NCBI GenBank assembly: GCA_902606745.1
Contig: CACLHR010000016.1
Coordinates: 1-24,000, forward strand
Length of the DNA: 24,000 nt
Direction of reading: 5' to 3'
Origin: an uncultured Gammaproteobacteria bacterium
Lineage (GTDB): Bacteria; Pseudomonadota; Gammaproteobacteria; PS1; Pseudothioglobaceae
Shown: positions 1 through 8,167 of the stretch, piece by piece
Numbering within the stretch: the stretch's first letter is position 1
How the letters are laid out: each line of letters opens with the position of its first letter
The notes under the pieces: generated by a model
The model's input: the letters and a program-made list of their open reading frames with translations, nothing else
What the model was told of the DNA's origin: nothing
Databases searched by the model: none
Position numbers and translations under genes: made by a program

Positions 1-68
1 TTGATAAAGAGAAAATTGAACAAATACCTGTTAACGAGTTTATGGACATGTTTTTGAGCAAGGATTAA
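1..68 (+). CDS. 3' end of an unidentified CDS (partial, runs off the left edge)
   Basis: Frame 3 is open from the window edge to TAA at 66-68 (...DKEKIEQIPVNEFMDMFLSKD*). It is too short to assign a function and is convergent with the EamA gene 17 bp away. Confidence 0.25.
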   Translation, partial: DKEKIEQIPVNEFMDMFLSKD

Positions 69-85
69 TGGAAACAGCTTATGTC

Positions 86-1018
86 TTATTTTGAGGATTG
101 AATTTGCGAGAGAATTACCCCTGTAGTTACTATTACTGCACCAATCGCTTGCTGCCAATTCCAACTCTCGCCCAGTAAAAAAAGAAAAAGCATCACATAA
201 AATGGTAAAGCATTCAAATGAAATGAAGCTATGCCAATTCCAAGCCCTCTTACACCCCTTATCCACAAAATTTGTGATATTGCAAATCCAAACCAAGCAT
301 AGATAAGTAATAGCCCAAAATGTCTTATTGTAATTTCAGGATATGGCCCAATGAATTGAAAAAATGAATTACAAATAACATACAAAACAAGAGCAAAGAC
401 TACCATCCCAAAAGTTGTTATGGTTGCTTGCCCAAGAGAGGTCATTTCTGGAAGATTTTTTACTGTTGCACGGGATCCCCAAGCAAATATTGCTGCAGGT
501 AAAAAAATAAGCACAGTCCCCAAACGAAGTCCGAAACTAACACTATCAAGAGTTGCCCCCGTTGCCAAAAAACCCCCAAATAACACTAAAATAATTCCCA
601 TCAAAAACCATCGCCTAATTCTCCTTCCATCAAGGATGACCTCTAAAGTCACTGCCGCCAATGGCATCGTAGCAGTAGAAAGCGCAGCAATTACAGGTGT
701 TGTTACTGATTGCAGATAAAGTAACAAAAAAGAGCCCATTCCAAAACCTATTCCACCAATCCAGAGTCCTTTAATCCAATTAGCGTTTTTTACAGTAGTA
801 CTTCCTTCAAGAACAATCCAAATAACAAATAATAAGGCAAATGCAAATAAATTTCTAACCGTTATAATTGTCAGAATATCCCAGTCATCCAACAAAAATT
901 CTGCTGCAGGAAATCCTAATGCAAAAATACTAATACATAAAACAAGGATAGCATTCGATTTAATGATTTCAGAACCCTCATGTTTTGAGACTTCTGAATG
1001 AGATTTTTTCCAAAGCAT
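86..1018 (-). CDS. DMT superfamily (EamA/RhaT-like) permease, substrate unknown
   Basis: 310-aa ORF with an ATG start. It has about 10 hydrophobic helices arranged as two similar 5-TM halves, the usual EamA-domain architecture. It is divergently transcribed from the doeA-like gene. Confidence 0.8.
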   Translation of the reverse strand: MLWKKSHSEVSKHEGSEIIKSNAILVLCISIFALGFPAAEFLLDDWDILTIITVRNLFAFALLFVIWIVLEGSTTVKNANWIKGLWIGGIGFGMGSFLLLYLQSVTTPVIAALSTATMPLAAVTLEVILDGRRIRRWFLMGIILVLFGGFLATGATLDSVSFGLRLGTVLIFLPAAIFAWGSRATVKNLPEMTSLGQATITTFGMVVFALVLYVICNSFFQFIGPYPEITIRHFGLLLIYAWFGFAISQILWIRGVRGLGIGIASFHLNALPFYVMLFLFLLGESWNWQQAIGAVIVTTGVILSQIQSSK

Positions 1019-1162
1019 TCTTTTTTTAGCAGTTTTTTATAAATAATTGACATGCGCAATATTACAGTGAGAAAGAGTATAAAAAAAATAATTTTAATAA
1101 TTTTTTGTTGCATAAATTATGGAGTTGAGACATAATGAATTTATCATTTTTAATTCAAAATA

Positions 1163-2347
1163 ATGGCTATGAAACAAAGTAGGAGAAGGTTTGATAAGTC
1201 TGAATACCTAGAAAGACAAAGAAAAACTAGAATGGCTATGGAGTCTGAAGGTGTCGACCTATTGATTGTTTATGATCCTGCCAATATGTGCTGGCTTACG
1301 GGTTACGATGGATGGTCATTTTATGTGCACCAATGTGTCGTAATTGGTACTGATGGTCTACTTTTTTGGTACGGCAGAGGCATTGATGCTAAAGGTGCTG
1401 AGCTTACAACAGACCTCGACCTAGATGACATTATTCCCTATTCAGACGATTATGTGATGAGTACGGAGCGTCACCCGATGGAGTTTCTCGCTACTATATT
1501 AAAAGATCAAGGATTAAATAAAAAAAGAATTGGTTTAGAAAAAGATAATTATTATTTTTCAGCTCGAGCTGCTGAATCTTTATATGGTTGCCTTCCGGAT
1601 GCAATTTTTAGTGATCAAACCGGTCTAGTCAATTGGCAAAGAGCAGTCAAGTCAGATACTGAGATTACCTATATGAGACGTGCAGGAAAAGTTATAGAGG
1701 GCGTCTACGAGCGAGTCATGAAAGTCGCTAAACCTGGTATGAGGAAAAATGATTTGGTTGCTGAAATAATGCATGCAGGTGCTCAAGGTCATCAAGGTCA
1801 TTATGGCGACTACACTTCATTCGTGCCTCTTATTGGAGCTGGTGATGAAGCGGCAGCTTGTCACATGACTTGGAATGATCAACAATTGAATAACAATGAA
1901 GGCATGTTTTTGGAATTGGCTGGTGCTTATGCCAGATATCATTGCCCTTGCTCAAGGACTTTATTTTTAGGTAGTCCTCCGCAACAATACCTCGACATTG
2001 AAAAGGTAATTTATGAATGTATTGAAAATGCAATTTCAATGTTTAAACCTGGCAATAAATGTGCTGAAATATCCGATAACTTTACGGCGACTCTAAAAAA
2101 ATACGGTTATGAAAAAAATAATCGCTGTGGTTACCCTATTGGACTTAGCTACCCCCCCGACTGGGGTGAGCGTACAATGAGTCTTCGTGGTAATGATCAA
2201 ACCATTCTACAGGAAAATATGACATTTCATTTTATGCCAGCTATCTGGTTTGATGACTGGGGCTTTGAAATGACAGAAAGCATTCGGGTTGGAAAGAATT
2301 CTGGAGAATGCTTGTCCAAGGTTCCTAGACAATTATTGGTTAAATAG
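1163..2347 (+). CDS. doeA: M24-family (creatinase/prolidase fold) hydrolase, DoeA/EutD-like ectoine hydrolase
   Basis: 394 aa. The N-terminal segment ...DPANMCWLTGYDGWSFYVHQCVVI... and the C-terminal pita-bread region (...LELAGAYARYHCPCSRTLFLG...) match what I recognise from DoeA/EutD proteins. A DoeB-like gene follows 7 nt downstream, and AsnC-type and EutA-like genes are nearby. Family-level confidence is higher than substrate-level confidence. Confidence 0.7.
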   Translation: MAMKQSRRRFDKSEYLERQRKTRMAMESEGVDLLIVYDPANMCWLTGYDGWSFYVHQCVVIGTDGLLFWYGRGIDAKGAELTTDLDLDDIIPYSDDYVMSTERHPMEFLATILKDQGLNKKRIGLEKDNYYFSARAAESLYGCLPDAIFSDQTGLVNWQRAVKSDTEITYMRRAGKVIEGVYERVMKVAKPGMRKNDLVAEIMHAGAQGHQGHYGDYTSFVPLIGAGDEAAACHMTWNDQQLNNNEGMFLELAGAYARYHCPCSRTLFLGSPPQQYLDIEKVIYECIENAISMFKPGNKCAEISDNFTATLKKYGYEKNNRCGYPIGLSYPPDWGERTMSLRGNDQTILQENMTFHFMPAIWFDDWGFEMTESIRVGKNSGECLSKVPRQLLVK

Positions 2348-2354
2348 CAATATT

Positions 2355-3353
2355 ATGAGAGATAACCCAATTAGCACTTCATTAAGCTTTGATAAGGATG
2401 GTATTCAGCACGGCTTTTTGAAGGTTCCTTACTCGAGCAATAAATCTGCTTGGGGTGCAGTGATGATTCCAATTACTCAATTTAAAAATGGTGACGGACC
2501 GTCAGCGATATTAACTGGAGCCAACCATGGGGATGAATATGAAGGTCCAATCGCTTTATTTAACTTGAGCGCACGTTCAAACATTGATGACATTCAAGGT
2601 CGTGTAATTATTGTTCCTGCAATGAATTACCCAGCCTTTCAATCTGGTGATCGGGTCTCCCCGATCGACAACATTAATTTAAATCGTACCTTCCCTGGGA
2701 AGCCAGATGGCACAGTAACACAAATTATTGCTGACTATTTTTCTCGAACTCTATTACCAATGTGCGAATATGTGTTAGACATACATTCTGGCGGAAAAAC
2801 GCTAGATTGCCTTCCCTTTGCAGCGTCTCATGTTTTGGAGGACAAAGACCAAGAAAAAGCTTGTGAGTCAGCTGCCAAGGCATTTGGTGCTCCATATCTA
2901 CTAAAAATGCTAGAACTTGATTCTGGCGGTATGTACGACTCTCAGGTTGAATCGATGGGAAAAATATTCGTTACAACTGAGCTTGGTGGAGGTGGAACAA
3001 GCTCTCCAAAAACAATAGAAATAGCAAAAAGAGGGGTTAATAATTTTCTTGTTCATGCAGGCATTATTAAAGGGAAACTTAATCCCTCTCCCACGCCAAC
3101 TGTTTCACTAAATATGCCTGATGAACGCTCATTTGTCTGTTGCGAACATCGAGGATTAGTAGAACCATCAGTTGAACTTGGTGACATAGTAAATAAAGGC
3201 GACCTCCTTGCAAAGATTCATAACATTGATAGAACGTCGACAACACCACATGAATACTACGCCAATAGAGATGGAATGGTCATTGTTAAGCATTCACCAT
3301 CAATAATTAATATTGGTGACAATCTTAATGTGATTGCAGAGGTTGTTAACTGA
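2355..3353 (+). CDS. doeB: AstE/AspA-family zinc hydrolase, DoeB/EutE-like N-acetyl-L-2,4-diaminobutyrate deacetylase
   Basis: I moved the start from the track's 2289 to ATG 2355, which removes a 59-nt overlap with doeA (stop TAG at 2345-2347). The N-terminus MRDNPISTSLSFDKDGIQHGFLKVPYSSNKSAWGAVMIPI, the metal motif GANHGDEYEG and the motif DIHSGG are typical of the succinylglutamate desuccinylase/aspartoacylase family. Confidence 0.7.
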   Translation: MRDNPISTSLSFDKDGIQHGFLKVPYSSNKSAWGAVMIPITQFKNGDGPSAILTGANHGDEYEGPIALFNLSARSNIDDIQGRVIIVPAMNYPAFQSGDRVSPIDNINLNRTFPGKPDGTVTQIIADYFSRTLLPMCEYVLDIHSGGKTLDCLPFAASHVLEDKDQEKACESAAKAFGAPYLLKMLELDSGGMYDSQVESMGKIFVTTELGGGGTSSPKTIEIAKRGVNNFLVHAGIIKGKLNPSPTPTVSLNMPDERSFVCCEHRGLVEPSVELGDIVNKGDLLAKIHNIDRTSTTPHEYYANRDGMVIVKHSPSIINIGDNLNVIAEVVN

Positions 3354-3383
3354 CACCGTGAACGAAAAGGTGTTACAAGAAAT

Positions 3384-3875
3384 CTATTTAACAACTCCAG
3401 ATCTGCGAATTAAACTATCCGGCACAACTTCTGTATCTTTAATTCTATCAAGGACAGCATAACTAAAATACCGTCTGAGTCCAATATTAGCTTTTAAAAC
3501 TCTTTTTAAAAAATCTTGATAGTCTGTAACATCCTTAACAAGGACTTTCAAAATATAATCTAAACCTCCACCCACTGACCAACATGAAAGCACTTCATCA
3601 AAACCTAGGATGGCATCTTCAAAACGAGCAAATTCACCTTCTTTGTGACTTTCAAGTTCAACTTCAGTAATCACTAGATGAAAATTTTTCAGAAATGGAG
3701 AAGATAATCTTACACCATAACTCTCAATAATACCTTCTTCTTCTAACCTTTGAAGTCTGTCCCAAGAAGGTGTAAGTGACAAGTTAAGTCTATCCGCTAG
3801 GGCTGTTTTTGTAATTCTACCTTCTTCTTGGAGAATAGAAAGTATTTGAATGTCTCTTTCATCGAGTTTATACAT
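3384..3875 (-). CDS. Lrp/AsnC-family transcriptional regulator (DoeX-like by context)
   Basis: 163 aa. It has an N-terminal HTH (LDERDIQILSILQEEGRITKTALADRLNLSLTPSWDRLQRLEEEGII) followed by an AsnC-type ligand-binding (RAM) domain. It is convergent with doeB across a 30-bp gap. Confidence 0.85.
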   Translation of the reverse strand: MYKLDERDIQILSILQEEGRITKTALADRLNLSLTPSWDRLQRLEEEGIIESYGVRLSSPFLKNFHLVITEVELESHKEGEFARFEDAILGFDEVLSCWSVGGGLDYILKVLVKDVTDYQDFLKRVLKANIGLRRYFSYAVLDRIKDTEVVPDSLIRRSGVVK

Positions 3876-3960
3876 GAGAAGATTATCTCATAAAATCGAT
3901 AAAATTGCTAATTTTTCAGAAAAAACAACAATATAAATACTGTTTTATCCCATAAAACCT

Positions 3961-4695
3961 TTAATTCATTCTTTTACTAAGTACATGTAAGATTTGTTCA
4001 AAAGTAGACTGATTGGAGGTAAAGACTGGCTTCCCAATAGCCCTTTCGATTTCAGGAATAATTTCTGTAGACCTTAGTGCTGTGCAGGAAATAAATAAGG
4101 CATCAGCCTTATCATCAATGGCTAATTTTGCAGCAGCAATGATATCACCAGGAATCACCATAGCGACATCTCTATCATCATCCATATCCATATGCATTGC
4201 AGATACAATTTCCAAACCTTGTCGCTGCAAATAATCACCTAATAAAGTTGACACGTCATTATTGTACGGTGTTAATACACTGATTTTATAAATACCTTTA
4301 AGCATAATATCTCCAACAACAGCCTGAGATGTAGTGAGAACTTTTGCACTTGGCTTGCTCTTTTGGATGGCTAACTTGACAGCCTCATCGCCTAAAATGG
4401 AGGAAGAAGAGGTGCAATTAAAAACAACAATATCAAGATCGTAGCCAGGCAGTATTTCATTGGAAACTTGAGTCAAATCACCTTCCATAGCTGCTAAGGA
4501 ATCCGGCGTCATCGGGTTAGCAAAATGAATTCTATTAAAATAAAAGTCAAATTCTGGTTGATGTTCATTGTAAAGACGCACAAAATCACGCTCAAAAGTG
4601 AAATCAGTGTTAAGTACAATTAAACCAACAGAAGATCTGGCAATATTGTTAGATAAATTCTTTGGGATTCGATATTTTGTTGAATTAATCGTCAT
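3961..4695 (-). CDS. Asp/Glu racemase - maleate isomerase - arylmalonate decarboxylase superfamily protein, EutA-like
   Basis: 244 aa. The N-terminal VGLIVLNTDFTFERDF resembles this superfamily. Two candidate catalytic cysteines sit in the expected contexts (VVFNCTSSS and LFISCTALRS). The EutA assignment rests on the ectoine-cluster context. Confidence 0.6.
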   Translation of the reverse strand: MTINSTKYRIPKNLSNNIARSSVGLIVLNTDFTFERDFVRLYNEHQPEFDFYFNRIHFANPMTPDSLAAMEGDLTQVSNEILPGYDLDIVVFNCTSSSSILGDEAVKLAIQKSKPSAKVLTTSQAVVGDIMLKGIYKISVLTPYNNDVSTLLGDYLQRQGLEIVSAMHMDMDDDRDVAMVIPGDIIAAAKLAIDDKADALFISCTALRSTEIIPEIERAIGKPVFTSNQSTFEQILHVLSKRMN

Positions 4696-4708
4696 AATTA
4701 ATAATTAT

Positions 4709-5038
4709 TTAGTGTTGAATAGATTTAGAAAATAAGTGCATCACAACAACGCCTGAAATAATTAAAGCCATACCAATTATAGAAGCAAGGTCTGGTACCT
4801 CTTTGTAAACAAATGTACCAATAATAGCAACCAAAACGATTCCAAGTCCCGACCAAACAGCGTACACTACACCAAGAGGCAAGTCCCTTAAAGCAAGTGT
4901 CATTAGCCAGAATGAAATAAGATAGAAAATTACAAGAAAAGTTGTGGGTATGAGTTTTGTAAACTCTTCTGTAACCTTAAGAAGACTTGTACCAGCAACT
5001 TCAGCTGCAATTGCTAATGCTAAATAAAAATAACTCAT
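4709..5038 (-). CDS. SMR-family small multidrug / quaternary-cation efflux protein (EmrE/Qac-type)
   Basis: 109 aa with 4 TM helices. The membrane-embedded Glu is conserved in AAEVAGTSLLK (compare E. coli EmrE AEVIGTTLMK). It also has SFWL and YAVWSGLGIVL motifs. It is closer to EmrE than to SugE/Gdx by eye. Confidence 0.85.
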   Translation of the reverse strand: MSYFYLALAIAAEVAGTSLLKVTEEFTKLIPTTFLVIFYLISFWLMTLALRDLPLGVVYAVWSGLGIVLVAIIGTFVYKEVPDLASIIGMALIISGVVVMHLFSKSIQH

Positions 5039-5106
5039 TTCACTCTTAAAAATCCAACAAAAATCAAAGTATAACCTGTAGAGAACTACGATATTAATAA
5101 AAGTAT

Positions 5107-5453
5107 GAAGTTGGTCTATAAGCCGGGTTCTGTTTGACCGAAGTCATGATAGTCATTCATCTAAGATAATTGTCACCAAGTATCTTTAGCACTCTACCCG
5201 AAGACAGCGCGAGTCACACCAATGCCTTCCTATTTGAGCTTGCTCCAAGTGGGGTTTACCTTGCCACACTTATTACTAAGTGCGCGGTGCGCTCTTACCG
5301 CACCATTGCACCCTTACCTATCAGATAGGCGGTATTCTTTCTGTTGCACTTTCCGTCGCATCACTGCGCCTAGTCGTTAACTAGCACTTCACTCTGCGGA
5401 GCCCGGACTTTCCTCTTAATGCATCTGCATTCAGCGACTATCCGACCAACTTC
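5107..5453 (-). ncRNA. rnpB: RNase P RNA, bacterial type A
   Basis: The reverse complement reads GAAGTTGGTCGGATAGTCGC...GAGGAAAGTCCGGGCTCC...GGTAAGGGTGCAATGGTGCGGTAAGAGCGCACCGCG...ACAGAACCCGGCTTATAGACCAACTTC. The universally conserved P4 strands are present. A perfect 10-bp P1 (GAAGTTGGTC/GACCAACTTC) defines the ends, with the 3' end uncertain by a few nt. No ORF covers this 480-bp gap. Confidence 0.92.
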
Positions 5454-5461
5454 AAAGGAAA

Positions 5462-5467
5462 ATTATA
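5462..5467 (-). promoter_or_regulatory. Candidate sigma70 -10 hexamer (TATAAT) for rnpB
   Basis: The minus strand reads ...ctagcgTATAATtttcctttGAAGTTGG. The perfect TATAAT ends 8 nt upstream of the inferred rnpB 5' end. Only a poor -35 (TTGTTT with a 19-nt spacer) is visible. Confidence 0.4.
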
Positions 5468-5519
5468 CGCTAGGATTGATGAATTTAAACAAAGCGCTTG
5501 TATTCTCTATAGACTTCGA

Positions 5520-7016
5520 CTAATTTGACTCTGTAAGAGGGATGCTATCGAAAACCTTGTGAATATTATGGCCTTCAGTGTCAACTGCTACAGTGACCGG
5601 CATATCTTTAACTTCAAGCTCGTAAATTGCCTCCATGCCGATATCTTCAAAGGCAACGATTTTAGCTTTTTTAATGGATTTGGAGATCAAATAGGCCGAA
5701 CCGCCAACTGCTATCAAGTAGCTTGCCTTATGTTTTTTGATGCTTCGTATTGCGGATTCGCCTCTTTCAGCTTTACCGATCATACCAAGAATCCCAGTAT
5801 TTTCAAGCATCATGTCTGTAAATTTGTCTAGACGAGTCGCAGTAGTCGGTCCAGCTGGCCCAATTACCTCATCTCCAACTGCCTCTACTGGACCCACATA
5901 GTAAATAAATTTATTTTTAAAATTAACACCTTTTGGTAAACCTTCGCCGCTCTCAATCATCATATTTAAGCGTTTATGGGCTGCATCTCGACCGGTAATC
6001 AAGGCACCTGTTAGCAATAAAGTATCGCCAATATTCCAGTCCTGCATTTGTTCACGTGTCAAGCTATCTAAATCAACCTTTGTGTACTGCGAAACATCCA
6101 TCTCCAAATCAGGATAGAGATCGATATCCACCTCTGGCAATTCAGCAACACCTGAACCGTCAAGGGTAAAATGGACATGCCTCGTTGCAGCACAATTTGG
6201 TATCATGGCAACTGGTTGAGAGGCTGCATGAGTTGGATAATCATGAATCTTTACATCAAGAACAGTTGTCAGACCACCTAAACCTTGCGCACCGATACCA
6301 AGCTCATTAATCCTATTAAATAAGTCAATTCTGAGTGCTTCAATTTCAGTATGTTGGTTTTTTTCTTGTAATTCATTGATATCAATCGGCTCCATCAAAG
6401 ATGATTTTGCCATTAACATAGCCTTTTCTGCGGTTCCACCCACTCCGATACCGATAATGCCGGGTGGACACCAACCAGCACCCATTGTTGGTATTGTTCT
6501 CATCACCCAGTCTGTTAAATTATCATCAGGATTAAGGACACTGAACTTGGCTTTATTTTCTGAACCACAACCTTTTGCGGCAACAACAATATCTAACTTA
6601 GCACCCGGCACAAGCTTTGTATGAATAACTGCTGGAGTGTTGTCTTGTGTATTTTTTCTAGTAAACAAGGGGTCACTGACTATCGAAGCTCTTAGTCGGT
6701 TATCGGCATCATTGTAGGCTCTTCGAACGCCTTCGTTGACCATCTCTTCTAAAGAAAGTTCAGCTTCCCATTGGACCTCCATACCAACTTCGATAAAAAC
6801 ATTAACAATTCCTGTGTCTTGACAAATTGGACGCTTGCCTATTGCGCACATTTTTGAATTGATTAGAATTTGTGCTATCGCATTTTTAGCACTTTTATTG
6901 GTCTCTTTTTCATACGCCAAAACCATAGCTTTGATAAAATCAGGGGAGTGATAATATGAAATATATTGTAGCGAAGAATAAATACTTTCTATGAAATGTT
7001 CTTGTTTTATTTTCAT
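5520..7016 (-). CDS. Class I (Fe-S dependent) fumarate hydratase, fused alpha/beta type
   Basis: 498 aa. The N-terminal catalytic domain has ICQDTGIVNVF and KGCGSENK motifs. The C-terminal beta domain has ...LLLTGALITGRDAAHKRL...YYVGP...GPTTATR... A tartrate-dehydratase-like specificity cannot be excluded from sequence alone. Confidence 0.85.
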   Translation of the reverse strand: MKIKQEHFIESIYSSLQYISYYHSPDFIKAMVLAYEKETNKSAKNAIAQILINSKMCAIGKRPICQDTGIVNVFIEVGMEVQWEAELSLEEMVNEGVRRAYNDADNRLRASIVSDPLFTRKNTQDNTPAVIHTKLVPGAKLDIVVAAKGCGSENKAKFSVLNPDDNLTDWVMRTIPTMGAGWCPPGIIGIGVGGTAEKAMLMAKSSLMEPIDINELQEKNQHTEIEALRIDLFNRINELGIGAQGLGGLTTVLDVKIHDYPTHAASQPVAMIPNCAATRHVHFTLDGSGVAELPEVDIDLYPDLEMDVSQYTKVDLDSLTREQMQDWNIGDTLLLTGALITGRDAAHKRLNMMIESGEGLPKGVNFKNKFIYYVGPVEAVGDEVIGPAGPTTATRLDKFTDMMLENTGILGMIGKAERGESAIRSIKKHKASYLIAVGGSAYLISKSIKKAKIVAFEDIGMEAIYELEVKDMPVTVAVDTEGHNIHKVFDSIPLTESN

Positions 7017-7108
7017 ATTTATTTAGCTATGGGTATTGTCTAATGAAACCAAGCAGGTTATATTATATCCTCTAACCATTTTAATCAATATCTAGCTAGG
7101 AATTTCTT

Positions 7109-8140
7109 ATGTTTAATTTTTTCAAAGGCCAAAACCTTTCTATCGACCTAGGAACGGCGAACACACTTATCTATATGGATGGCAAGGTGGTCTTAAATGA
7201 ACCCTCAGTTGTTGCTCTTCGAAACGAAAAAGGAGCTTCAGAATCGACGGTTATTGCTGTAGGCCAGGAAGCAAAAAACATGCTTGGCAGGACTCCGGGA
7301 GCTATTGAGGCGATTAGACCGATGAAGGATGGTGTTATTGCAGACTTTAAGGTCACTGAGAAAATGCTACAATTCTTTATGAAAAAAGTACTCAAATCAG
7401 GTTTTTTTTCACCAAGCCCAAAAGTCCTTATTTGTGTGCCCTGTGGCGCCACCCAAGTTGAGAGACGAGCCATCAAAGAAAGCGCTGTTGGTGCTGGAGC
7501 GAGAGATGTATATCTGATTGAAGAACCTATGGCAGCAGCACTTGGTGCCGGCATGCCAATTGAAGAAGCCTCTGGCACAATGGTATTGGATATTGGAGGA
7601 GGAACTACTGAAATTGCGATTATATCTTTAAATGGTATTGTTTATTCTGACTCTTTAAGATGTGGTGGTGATGTTTTTGATGACACCATCGTTAAATTTG
7701 TAAGAAGAGTTCATGGAATCATCATTGGTGAGGCAACCGCTGAACAGATCAAAGAAGAAGTTGGAAGCGCCTTTGAATCAAAAGTAGTTAAAAAGATTGA
7801 GTTCCGAGGTCGTGATGTTGCTAGAGGTCTACCAGTAAGCTTTGAGGTCACTAATAGTGAGATATTGGAAGCTCTAAGTGAACCTCTTGGAATGATAATT
7901 AACTGTTTAAGAACAGCATTAGAGCAAACTCCACCTGAACTGTCTTCTGACATTGCGCAAAATGGTTTAGTAATCACTGGTGGTGGTGCACTTTTAGAAG
8001 GCATTGATAAGCTAATAAATAATCAAACAAACCTCCCAGTTAGCATTGCCGATGACCCTCTTACTTGTGTCGCCAGAGGGGGCGGCATAGCATTGGATAT
8101 GATTAATCAACTTGACATGGGGTTCTTGGCTGCAGAATAA
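7109..8140 (+). CDS. mreB: Rod shape-determining actin homologue MreB
   Basis: 343 aa with [31 protein letters not shown] and VITGGGALL motifs. Confidence 0.96.
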   Translation: MFNFFKGQNLSIDLGTANTLIYMDGKVVLNEPSVVALRNEKGASESTVIAVGQEAKNMLGRTPGAIEAIRPMKDGVIADFKVTEKMLQFFMKKVLKSGFFSPSPKVLICVPCGATQVERRAIKESAVGAGARDVYLIEEPMAAALGAGMPIEEASGTMVLDIGGGTTEIAIISLNGIVYSDSLRCGGDVFDDTIVKFVRRVHGIIIGEATAEQIKEEVGSAFESKVVKKIEFRGRDVARGLPVSFEVTNSEILEALSEPLGMIINCLRTALEQTPPELSSDIAQNGLVITGGGALLEGIDKLINNQTNLPVSIADDPLTCVARGGGIALDMINQLDMGFLAAE

Positions 8141-8167
8141 CTATAGATATAAGTCGAACGGTTAACA

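Noticed and set aside
420-719. Antisense or alternate-frame ORFs inside confident genes. These are 420-719+, 1830-2039-, 4013-4234+, 5559-5831+, 6376-6624+, 7171-7578-, 7711-8004-, 8677-8952-, 10170-10388-, 11382-11564+, 11978-12199+, 12857-13105+, 13306-13563+, 13684-13893+, 15401-15740-, 18829-19023+, 21895-22224-, 22252-22892+ and 23728-23958+.
   Set aside because: Each lies entirely within a longer ORF that has clear family motifs on the other strand or frame. Their translations are low-complexity (Pro/Ser/Ile-rich) shadow sequences with no recognisable motif.
1047-1052. TTGACA hexamer in the EamA-doeA divergent region as a doeA promoter -35.
   Set aside because: No acceptable -10 lies at 16-19 nt spacing, since the nearest TATAAA is 25 nt away. 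This is not enough to call a promoter.
916-1113. 65-aa ORF overlapping the EamA start and the divergent promoter region.
   Set aside because: It is a Lys/Ile/Phe-rich product of AT-rich DNA. It overlaps the N-terminus of the EamA gene out of frame, and there is no RBS or motif support.
2289-2354. N-terminal extension of the DoeB-like ORF as given in the track.
   Set aside because: It would overlap doeA by 59 nt. The conserved family N-terminus begins at the ATG at 2355, 7 nt after the doeA stop.
3354-3383. ACACC-N11-GGTGT inverted repeat between convergent doeB and the AsnC regulator as a bidirectional terminator.
   Set aside because: The stem is 5 bp, the loop is 11 nt, and neither side has a U-tract.
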